Translations under genes and position numbers: made by a program
Shown here: positions 42,543-51,933 of the stretch, piece after piece
How positions within the stretch are numbered: the stretch's first letter is position 1
How the letters are laid out: each line of letters opens with the position of its first letter
The notes under the pieces: generated by a model
The model's input: only the letters and a program-made list of their open reading frames with translations
Database searches by the model: none
Told to the model about the DNA's origin: nothing
Source: Paramoeba atlantica
Taxonomy: Eukaryota; Protista; Discosea
Length of the DNA stretch: 64,000 nucleotides
Direction: 5' to 3'
NCBI GenBank assembly: GCA_977017575.1
Contig: CDRNVI010000012.1
Coordinates: forward strand, 310,001-374,000

Positions 42543-45500
42543 TTATAACCCCAACAAAGTTGGCAGTGTTTTCCATCCTTCGGCAAGTGAATATCGGATA
42601 CTTGTGCGTACATGTTCCGCCAACTTTTTATCTTTAGTATTAAGCCAAATTGAACACTCGTTCGTGATATATGAAACATTCTCATCAAATTCAGTAGAAA
42701 GCAAGAAATGGCGCCATAAATATCCGACCAACACGGAAACAACTTCATGAACTAATGCTGAAAATAGAACGTCGCATCGAAATCCGGACGGCTCTGATTT
42801 CATTTCTTGATTCGCAGAGCTACGTTTTTGTTCTATGCAGTCAAGCCGTGATTCAGAATCGTTCGTTTTCACAGGGTATACATTCCTTGTGTGACATTCC
42901 CGCAACCCACGCATGGAAAAACAACCTCCGGAAGGAAGATACAGAAATAAAGGTTCATCAGGATCAGAGTTGGTGTCTGTAGCACACGTAAGAGATGGCC
43001 AGCAATACGGGTTAGTAGTGCTATTCCGCGAAAATGATGAAATAAGACTTTTTAACACAGCAGGCTTCAATTTTGAGAAGTAAAGTGCCAGAAGAGATCT
43101 TCGAAGCCAGATTTCAAAAGATTCATATTTTCTAACTTGTCCTGAGACATCCAAAGCAGAAAAAGTTTCAAACAAAATATCGAGTTCAACCCAATTTCGT
43201 TCATCAGGGATCGAAACGTCACAGCGTTCGATACACGAATCCTTTCTACCGTAACTCACAGTACTCATTTTCTCAGGGGTGGGTGCAAACTCGAGTCCTT
43301 GAAGTAGACCTACATTTTGTGACATGAAGGGTACAAAATATATCGATTTCACGGAATTTTGGAAAGTACACTTACCCACCGGAATTATGGATGGAGAAAT
43401 AGAGGTGCTAAAGCGGGTTGATGTCTGAGAATTACAAGCGTCATTGTATGCGACTAGAAGATTGGGAACTTCGAACAATTTACTTTTCTCCCCCACCTGC
43501 TTCAGTCTTGGGCCGGGATATGCATCCCTTTTAGTCTCAGCGCTTGTACTCTGTAGAAAGTGACGACGTAGTACGGTATCGTAAAAACAAATAAGATCAG
43601 CGCTCAAGGAACAGCCTTTTAGCGCACGCTGCAGAAGAACTCTCAGAAAACAGTTGGGTGTAGAAGTGCGCACTTGATGAGCTGATTCTTTAAAGCGTTC
43701 ATCTGTGTGAGTGGTATCTTTTCTTCCGTGTCCTATTGTACCAGGTAAAGTAATATAAAAATCAGAAGAAATACATCTTCTCGCGTTGTCATCTCTAGAA
43801 AGATATCTCCCTATGTAACGCAATATTGCAGTAGCCAAGTCTAGTCCCTGATCACTCGCATTCCTAGTAGACATCATTCCTTCTCGTATAGTGCTCTTGA
43901 CAGGACACGTCATTCGCCGACCACCAGCTGCGTTTTGAGGCACCGAAAGAGGAGAAAACTCTTTAATGGAATTAGTAGAAAGATCAATCATGTCCAAAAT
44001 ATCACACGGCATACAAAGTAGAACTACGCATCCCGTAGCCGCCGAAAAAGTAGAACGAAGACATGATTTTTGAGAATAATCTGAAGTTTTTCGAGCAACA
44101 TCCCTCTCAACTCCTTCCAGTTCACTGGAACGCATTGACACATTCGAATTAGTTGGTGCACAAGTGGAATTGCACGGATAAATCTCTGGAAGAAAATCAA
44201 GAAGTTTTTCGTAGGCACTGTTCGAAAAACAGCTACGGACGAGGTCTTTACTCGTGTCGTACGGCTCATATACAATAATGAATCGCATCGCTCTGGAATT
44301 ACACGTAATCTGTTGAAATATATTAAAAAGATAATCAGAAAAACCCTTGCGCTCGTAGACAAGAAAGCGATCATTCTTATTATTGGACTCCCGAGTGAAA
44401 GGACAATCGCTTAGTTTGATATTTTGAGACCGGTTGCTGCGGGCACAGCGAAAATTCGCAAAGTTCGATGGTTCGCCGATAAGATTTTTAGAAAGTGCGC
44501 ATCCTGGACGACAGAGAAGTACTTCATACTGCTCCATCCTTTCCGTCGAACCTGCGCCGTCAAACTTCTTGGCAGCGTAGAGATGAAGAGATCTCTCATT
44601 CCACCTTGAAGATGTGAATGAATCAAGTCCCAAAGCAACTTTGAAAAAGGGAATGGCTACGTGATTGAAAAACTCGGTAGACCAAATTCCTCCCGAGCAG
44701 AGAGTAAGCTGAAGCACTGCAGAATATTTGCAGAACGAAGTAAGATTTCGGTGTTGAATCGGCAGCGATGCCGGGAGCCGAGAACTAGGCTGATTAGTCT
44801 GCAAAGCCTCCACACGCAAGGTAGGGTTACCCCTCGCGCGGTATTCGCCACCCGAAAAGATCTTTGAAACAAAGTCGAGATCAAATAAGAGTGCAGAAGG
44901 CGATATTTCTTTTGCCTTTCTTAACTTCCTTTCCATCTTTGACAAGAATTCACAATCGTCCTTGCTTTTTTTCTTCGAACGTTCAAACGCTTTTTTCAAT
45001 ATTTTCGTAGTCATAGTTTCTATGTCACATTCTCCTGAAGGGGCACAGCTTTGGCTTTTATGCAATCGATATGCTAATACGCAATCCATACGCGAGGAGA
45101 GAACACGAAGTTGATGAGAAGCATGAGCGAAATGAATTTGTGCGTAAACCATTTTCTTCAACTGCTCAAGATGACGAACCAATGCGTCTGAAATACATTC
45201 TTTGGCAGTCGAATACGTTTCGCCAGTAGAAAGTTCATGCCCCCCTAAGACATATGAGGCGAAATTCACGTCCCAGACCCTACCTCCATGCAGGAAAAAA
45301 TAATCTAGTCTAAGTGGGGTCCAAAGAAAATGCAATAAACTACGTAGGTTCGTGCCTGCTATAACCGTGCATGGTGTCAACAGAGATTGTAACTGTTCAC
45401 TATCCTTCGATGCAATCGCCATTTCGCTAATCTTAATTTGCAAAACAGTGTTCTCATTACTCAGAACGACCAGCGTAAACTCAGGATTAATTTTCTGCTT

Positions 45501-47246
45501 CCCTTCCTTGTCCGTGCAATCATGCTTCTTTTGTAGATATACAACTAGTAAGTTACTATAGGCGAGCAATTCCTTGTCTTGCAGTCTGCCTCGATCAGAC
45601 TGCATCCAACTCAAGCGAATGTATTCCATAAATGCAGAAGCATATTGATCTCGATACGGTCGAAGCTTTCGTGTGGATGGAAACATGGAACTGGAACGCA
45701 AAAGCTTACGGGGATTCCCCGTGGCTTTCGTAAGTTCCTTTTCCGGAACTTCCGAACACTGTTCAGAAATCGTTTCTTGATTTGCTAGCGTTTCCTCCAA
45801 TGCAGGCTCTGAATAAACAGCTGCAGCGGCTTGCCTTTGAACGCATTCATATTGGGCATGTAGAATACGGTTGGGCGATACAGCGCAAGACAATTTTTTC
45901 CACACGATCTGAGCGTGCATAAGGGGATTGGGATCCAATTGAGCTTTCCGGGCCCTCTTCCCAGGCAAGACATTAGCACAATCGGTTGTGATTACATTGT
46001 TTGTGCTTGACACACCTTCAAAATCGCATTGCTTAGTGTGCTTCAAGGGTTCGGCCTTCGCCTCTTCTACATTTCTTTGATGTTCAAGTTTAGCATCAGA
46101 TGAACACAAAGAGAATTTCATCCCTGTAGATGGTGACCACTGCCGATGTTTGTGTCCCGCTTTTAGATACTGTGAGGCAGCCAGAAAGCGCTCTACTGGA
46201 AGTACATGTAACACTCGAAAGATTGTGTGTTCGTTCAACTTCTGCACGATGCCGCCAATTTCCCGTACGTCAACGTCTTCGCAAAAGATGGGCAATTTTA
46301 AAGGATGAAACTTAGACTTCTCGTCCTCTTTTGGAATAAAACCTCCACAATCTGCGGAATCATGTTTCGTATCATTTTGGGGGAACGCGCCTTCAGCTGT
46401 ATCCACTGCCGCAATTGGAATCAAGACTATATTACACGGCACTGTATATTTAAGGCGCAAACATTCGTAGACTTGTGCAACGGCACCGCTGAAATTCGAT
46501 TTCTTTTCTACTATATCGGCCTTTTGTGGAGAGGAGCCGTGAACTAGAGTGCCTTCAGTACTGCCTTCTGACAAGCGGCGGTACCGGAATAGACATACGT
46601 GTAGTGGCCACCAAATATGACTGTAAAATTCTCGATCAGTGAATTTCAAAGCGCGTACTAAGCGGGCAATTATTTCAGCTTTTTCGCGTGCTGTGGTGTC
46701 CAGGATAAAGTCCTGAGAAAAGTTCGATTTTTGCAACGGTTGTTTTTCTTGTTGTGCACTTGATGGAATGTTATTGCATTTGACTGTTTCGGTCGAGTTT
46801 TCTGCACTACTTTCTCCTATATTGTAACCGATACCCGGGGTTGGTTCGACTCTTTGATCTTTCAAATTCTCCAGCGGACGATTGCCCTCCATGATTTCCA
46901 CCAGAAGTTTCACTTTGCTTGGTAGTTCAGACTTTTGCTGTACCATTGTGAAAATATCTACTAGAAATGGTGTTTCGAGAAGAGAAGCTGCCGTAATAAC
47001 TGGACTCCAAATTTTATACGGCAATATCATGGCTGTTGCACCTCTCGCATTCATTGCTTGACGATGTATCCATTGTTGAACAGCACAAACTGTAAGCTTC
47101 TGAGAAACATTAAAAACAAAGCTTTCTTGAGATCTAACGTGGTGTACAGCCATTTCACTCGGGTTTTTGCCATTCCACCCCAAAGTAAATATCGTTGCCG
47201 TGGGTAGCATTCCTACTCGGAACCTCTGCTTTTGCCCTCCGAACAT
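42543..47246 (-). CDS. About 1570-aa degenerate mitochondrial family-A DNA polymerase-like protein (POLIB/C/D-related)
   Basis: NLRSLLHFLW...FFLHGGRVWDVNFASYVLGG resembles the exonuclease-like segment of kinetoplastid PolI proteins. C-terminal PolA motifs are not recognisably intact. First ATG at 47246. Confidence 0.55.
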   Translation of the reverse strand: MFGGQKQRFRVGMLPTATIFTLGWNGKNPSEMAVHHVRSQESFVFNVSQKLTVCAVQQWIHRQAMNARGATAMILPYKIWSPVITAASLLETPFLVDIFTMVQQKSELPSKVKLLVEIMEGNRPLENLKDQRVEPTPGIGYNIGESSAENSTETVKCNNIPSSAQQEKQPLQKSNFSQDFILDTTAREKAEIIARLVRALKFTDREFYSHIWWPLHVCLFRYRRLSEGSTEGTLVHGSSPQKADIVEKKSNFSGAVAQVYECLRLKYTVPCNIVLIPIAAVDTAEGAFPQNDTKHDSADCGGFIPKEDEKSKFHPLKLPIFCEDVDVREIGGIVQKLNEHTIFRVLHVLPVERFLAASQYLKAGHKHRQWSPSTGMKFSLCSSDAKLEHQRNVEEAKAEPLKHTKQCDFEGVSSTNNVITTDCANVLPGKRARKAQLDPNPLMHAQIVWKKLSCAVSPNRILHAQYECVQRQAAAAVYSEPALEETLANQETISEQCSEVPEKELTKATGNPRKLLRSSSMFPSTRKLRPYRDQYASAFMEYIRLSWMQSDRGRLQDKELLAYSNLLVVYLQKKHDCTDKEGKQKINPEFTLVVLSNENTVLQIKISEMAIASKDSEQLQSLLTPCTVIAGTNLRSLLHFLWTPLRLDYFFLHGGRVWDVNFASYVLGGHELSTGETYSTAKECISDALVRHLEQLKKMVYAQIHFAHASHQLRVLSSRMDCVLAYRLHKSQSCAPSGECDIETMTTKILKKAFERSKKKSKDDCEFLSKMERKLRKAKEISPSALLFDLDFVSKIFSGGEYRARGNPTLRVEALQTNQPSSRLPASLPIQHRNLTSFCKYSAVLQLTLCSGGIWSTEFFNHVAIPFFKVALGLDSFTSSRWNERSLHLYAAKKFDGAGSTERMEQYEVLLCRPGCALSKNLIGEPSNFANFRCARSNRSQNIKLSDCPFTRESNNKNDRFLVYERKGFSDYLFNIFQQITCNSRAMRFIIVYEPYDTSKDLVRSCFSNSAYEKLLDFLPEIYPCNSTCAPTNSNVSMRSSELEGVERDVARKTSDYSQKSCLRSTFSAATGCVVLLCMPCDILDMIDLSTNSIKEFSPLSVPQNAAGGRRMTCPVKSTIREGMMSTRNASDQGLDLATAILRYIGRYLSRDDNARRCISSDFYITLPGTIGHGRKDTTHTDERFKESAHQVRTSTPNCFLRVLLQRALKGCSLSADLICFYDTVLRRHFLQSTSAETKRDAYPGPRLKQVGEKSKLFEVPNLLVAYNDACNSQTSTRFSTSISPSIIPVGKCTFQNSVKSIYFVPFMSQNVGLLQGLEFAPTPEKMSTVSYGRKDSCIERCDVSIPDERNWVELDILFETFSALDVSGQVRKYESFEIWLRRSLLALYFSKLKPAVLKSLISSFSRNSTTNPYCWPSLTCATDTNSDPDEPLFLYLPSGGCFSMRGLRECHTRNVYPVKTNDSESRLDCIEQKRSSANQEMKSEPSGFRCDVLFSALVHEVVSVLVGYLWRHFLLSTEFDENVSYITNECSIWLNTKDKKLAEHVRTSIRYSLAEGWKTLPTLLGL

Positions 47247-47629
47247 ACGTGTATGAACTTCCGATAGAAAACCGTAGGAAGGCAAAAGGCACTTGTTGTA
47301 TCGAATTTTTACCTCTTATGTGAAAGATTTAAGCATAATTATTGCAATTCTTCTTATTATCTTCTTCTTCTTATCTGACAGTCATAAATATACAAACACG
47401 CATAAAGATTCCTTTACAAGCCTTGTCGAAATGAGTTTTGCAAGTGAGATTTCATTGATGTTCGAATACATGATATGTACTGATGACGCCCCTCTAACAC
47501 TGTCAAAATATTCAAAAGTAAAATGCATCAAGGGAGTAAAGTATTCTCAGATACTTAGAAGAGCATGTGGCTAAACACCACGAAGGCATAAAACACAATG
47601 CATATCACAGAGTATGATTGCCCGAAATT

Positions 47630-49183
47630 TTATTGAGCTTCCGTCTTGAATGACGAAAACCAGGCACGCGCCGTTGTAAGAAGTTCCTGACATCTGCAAA
47701 CCTCCGAAAAATTAGGACGATGTGTCCGAACAGGAATTGTGTGAACTCGGGGATCGCTTAGTTCAATCGGACAACCTGAATAGCGCAAAATATTACGGTT
47801 TGCCGGACCAGGAACGCCTAACAGAAGCAAAGAACACTTTTGAATGTGTTCCCCCCATTCCTCCAATGTTGTACGGATATCTTCAATCCAACGTGTCTCT
47901 TGGCTTCGTCGTATTTGAGTCCCCGCACTACGGCCACAGTGACCTGCACTGGACTCATGAGTGCTCTGCCTACCGCCTTGCCCTTTTCTAACAACGTAGC
48001 GCTCAAAAGTTCGATGAACATGACAGGTCTTTCCATGAAATATCCCTCCGGAAAAATAACCCCCGTGAAATAAAACAATACACCAGGGAGAGGTACTTAG
48101 CTCAGAGAGAGTTGAAAACAAATCAGGCAACTTGGGGTTCTTATCGGCGTGTAATTGAGCATTTACTTGGCGTAGATACTCTGTCTGAGTCAAACACTTA
48201 ACGTCCTCGTGCGCTGCTGCATTGTACAAGCTGCTGCCTTCTTCTATTGGTGTGTAAGGGTCGGTACTATTGTCGATCGATCTAGATTTATCATTTTGAG
48301 AAATGCCTTCTAAGTTCGTGTCGCTTTCTCCAGGACTCGAGTAAGAACTCTGAAAACACCTCTGCAATGCGATACGCAACAAAAAAGTGTGGAGCTCTAG
48401 AACAAGAATATATTCTCTAGCCTCGTCTGCATTGGGAGATGCCAGATCACTCAATACACATACAATTTGCTCTGAAATCTCAGATGAAGCGCTAATATCA
48501 ATTCTGGAATTAAGTGTAAAATAGCAACGAATTAGAGCAGAATCTGTCACTGCCTCTACGTGACTCAAAGCCTTTATAGAGTGTACTGTACCTGCAGAAT
48601 CGCGTATATAAATTTGATTATCATGATCAGGTAACGTCTGTTTACATCTAATGTGACTCGGGCTCCATAATCCCCACAAGGGAAAAACTTTTCTTGCACA
48701 ATCGTTTTTCTGCGCTAAAATGTCGAGAAAAGATTTATGCATGTGTGGTCTAAGGTCCGCTTTTCCTTTAAACGGAGATTCAAACTCATAGAGAGGATGT
48801 CCCCTATCGAGTTTGTTCGTCGAATTGTCTGTTTGTAAAAAATTGTGAGCAGTGGTTCTTTTCTGGTTTAAAGCGTGTTGATTTTTAAGACTTTGATTTT
48901 GGAGCAGCAGCTCCGTGGTGTCCGTTCTCTCTCTTAAACCGGCACGTTGACCTTTTTTTAGATTCCTGGCTTGCCCTGCCTTTTTTCGCGACAATTTTTC
49001 TTCGGTCTGTAGGCGTTGAATAACCTCCCGGTCTTCTTCGGTCATAATGTTTTCCGTATGTGTTTGAGCCACACTTTTATCGAAATCAATTGCGGAAGAA
49101 AGAGAGGTACGTGACGCTTGCTTTGCTGCTTCATACTTTTCTGCCAAAAGTTGGCGCACTTTTTGAAGCTCAGTCCAAACCAT
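47630..49183 (-). CDS. ANKZF1: Vms1/ANKZF1-like protein (VLRF1 domain)
   Basis: IVLFHGGYFSGGIF...HRTFERYVVRKGQGGRQS...SAGTQIRRSQE...DPRVHTIPVRTHRPNFSEV. First ATG at 49183. Confidence 0.88.
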   Translation of the reverse strand: MVWTELQKVRQLLAEKYEAAKQASRTSLSSAIDFDKSVAQTHTENIMTEEDREVIQRLQTEEKLSRKKAGQARNLKKGQRAGLRERTDTTELLLQNQSLKNQHALNQKRTTAHNFLQTDNSTNKLDRGHPLYEFESPFKGKADLRPHMHKSFLDILAQKNDCARKVFPLWGLWSPSHIRCKQTLPDHDNQIYIRDSAGTVHSIKALSHVEAVTDSALIRCYFTLNSRIDISASSEISEQIVCVLSDLASPNADEAREYILVLELHTFLLRIALQRCFQSSYSSPGESDTNLEGISQNDKSRSIDNSTDPYTPIEEGSSLYNAAAHEDVKCLTQTEYLRQVNAQLHADKNPKLPDLFSTLSELSTSPWCIVLFHGGYFSGGIFHGKTCHVHRTFERYVVRKGQGGRQSTHESSAGHCGRSAGTQIRRSQETRWIEDIRTTLEEWGEHIQKCSLLLLGVPGPANRNILRYSGCPIELSDPRVHTIPVRTHRPNFSEVCRCQELLTTARAWFSSFKTEAQ

Positions 49184-50486
49184 AAGGAAGTAAATCTGCT
49201 GGATGCTAATGAAGACACTATTGTTTGTAAATATGGGATATACCAAGACAGGAGCGCACGCTATTCATGACAAATCAAACTTTGCGCACAAATACTATAA
49301 TTTTGGGTACAGATGGTTCAAAAAAAGAGTTTAGAATTTGATATCGGAGCTCTCAAGCCTCAAAATCACATTTTTGATGTACTTCAACAATTGCGTATAA
49401 TCTATACGTAATGGTTTCATAATAAAAAATTTAAATGGTTCTTAATATGGTTCACAATGGAGGTTCCGGGGTCGAGGGAAATTACAATCACCTCTCTAAA
49501 AAACTCTAAAAACACCTTGATTTACTCTAAGCATGTCACTTCAACTTCTTGACTTACTTGCTTCTTGAGAAATCAAGTTAGTGTTGTTCTTCTGTTGCAT
49601 AGGATGAAAAATGATCAGAAATGTCATCAAATCTTCAGCGACACCTTCCTCACCAGGCGATGACCCAGATTGGACATTGATTCCTCCATTGACTCCAGCG
49701 AAAATTCTCTAATCAGTGAGCATAAATGGAGTGGAGACGGGCTTGTGGCGCACGAGCAGTCATCTGGTAACATATAGGCTCGTAGAGGCACTAAATAGAG
49801 GCACTACGTTCGTAGAGGCACTAAGATCTCGGAGAGGATGGAGCGTCTATGAGGACACTGCAAAAATAAAGGCAAACGTGTAATTTCGGTCGAAGTGAAA
49901 CTAGTATGAACCCCTCTCTTCTCAGGAAAACTATGATCTTGTGGAGGATGAGTTCATAGGCAAAGGTACCACACAAGAAACGGAAACCGCCCGTAAGAAA
50001 GACGACCAGAGGACTCCACCTTGGCGTTCCGGCCTACAGAACCTCCGTACTAACCCCCCCACAGACTCATTAATTCATGAAAATACTGAAAATAATACGC
50101 TGGCCATCCCCGAACTCACATCTAATGAAGTGCGGAGAAATGAAACAATGGAACGCACTCTTCGTAGGCGAATCGAACGCCTGCAAGAGAAACTACGTTT
50201 ACGTATCCAATAACTAAACCTTGTTAGCCGCAGCGGCAAGCAAGAGGCACGGTATGAAGAGCTGACCTACTTCTTCAAAATCAAAGCATCAATTTATTAG
50301 TATTCCAATAAACCGTAAAGACGCTGCTTCTGCAAAATCTACACTCTTCAACGCTAGTAGTTTAAAAAAGACCAAAGGAGCCACTAAAACTAAAATTTCT
50401 TGGAAAAAATAAAAGAAGCTTTTGGTCGATATTTACTACTTACTTACTACAATAGCAACGGACAATTCATCAATTGGATTGAGACA

Positions 50487-51933
50487 CTACTTAGCCATTT
50501 GGGCGCGCTTGTGAATTACGAAGGGTGGAACGCCACGTACCATTGGCTTTTTCCCAGAAACAATATCCAAAGCATGTAAATCAATATAGGGAATCGGATG
50601 TTTCGGCAAGAATGCAAACAATGATTTCGCGTTCCAAGTGCTGCTACAAACTGATTGAATCCCATCTGCAGACGCTTTAGTGATACCCGTCCGGGCCCTT
50701 TCAGCAGGACGTGCAGGAATGCGCACTTCTTCATTCTTCATTTCCTCCTCGGCTCGCATGTCTTCTGGTGGTCGCGATGAAAAAGAGAAAAATTCACTCG
50801 AGCTCCCCAAAGCATCACACTTTCGACGATCACGATCTTTTACTTCGCTCTTCCCCGCGTTTGCAGACCTAATCGTTTCCCCCTCAACCCTATCCACCTC
50901 ATCCCCCGAAACGTCACACAAATCCACCGTTCGGGTAACCCCCACCCCCTCCACCTGTCCCACCCTCCCCTCCACCCACTTCGCCGCCTCCAACGCCGCC
51001 CAATCCACCGCAGACCCTTTATCCACCGCACACAACCTCTCCCATCTCACCGCCTCAACCACCGCTCCCCCACCCCCCCTTCCCCCAATCCCCCCGATCG
51101 CTCCCCCACCCCTTCCCACCCCCTCCCCTCTCTCCTCCCCCCTCTCTCCCCCCGAACCTCTTCTTGTCCCGGTTCCACGTCCCCCTTCCTCCCTCCCCCC
51201 TCTCCCTCTCCCTCTCCCTCCCCCCACCCCCACCCCCACCCTCAAATACCCCCACCCCCCCTCCCCCCCTCCCACGCCCCTGCACCGCTGCATCGTGCGC
51301 TGCACCGCACACACCCCCGGGTGGGTACTCCACCACCACCACGAGCCCCCCGGACACCCGCACGGCCCCCAGCGGGGTCGTCGGGTCGTCCACCACCACC
51401 AGCAGGTCGCGGCAGCCCAGGTGGGGGTAGGCCGTGAGGAGGGCCTCGAGCGCGGGGTCCGGGGACCCACCGGGGAGAGGGGAACGGGGACGGCTGTTGT
51501 CGTTGTGGTTACGGGTGTAGTTCTGAGGAACCGTACTGGCCAGTACCGCCGCACAGGATCCCAGGAAGGGACAGAAGTAGCCGTGAAAGGGGTAGGGGGG
51601 TTGTTGGGGGTAGGGGTGTTGGAGTTGTTGTTGTTGTGGTCCGGGGGAGAGGGGGGGAGGGAAGGGGTATTGGAGTTTGCGTAAGGGGCTGTCGAGGGGG
51701 AGGGGTTTGAGGGCACGGGGTTGGGGGTGGGTTGGGGGATTTGTTGTGGGAAGTAAGGGGTTGGGGAGGGTGGGGTTGTGAAGGAGATCCCAGGGGTGGG
51801 TGTTGGCGTGGTGAAGGAGACGGAGGGCGGTGAGGGCGCCGAGGGAACGGGTGGGGTAGTGGTGGGGAGGGGAGGTTGTGGGGGAGGAGGTGCCAATACC
51901 GTAGACGAGTTTGGTGAAACGGGGTTCGGTCAT
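50487..51933 (-). CDS. Peptidyl-tRNA-hydrolase (Pth/CRS2)-fold protein interrupted by a 1-nt frameshift at 51346-51351
   Basis: Frame A gives KLVYGIGT..HYPTRSLG and DLLVVVDDPTTPLGAVRV. Frame B gives GS....THPGVCAV and YLRVGVG. Removing one G from a G6 run joins them into 481 aa. Confidence 0.6.

Noticed and set aside
47630-51933. Adjacent ANKZF1 and Pth-like genes as a ribosome-rescue operon
   Set aside because: Kinetoplastid gene order is generally not functional, and one adjacency is not evidence.
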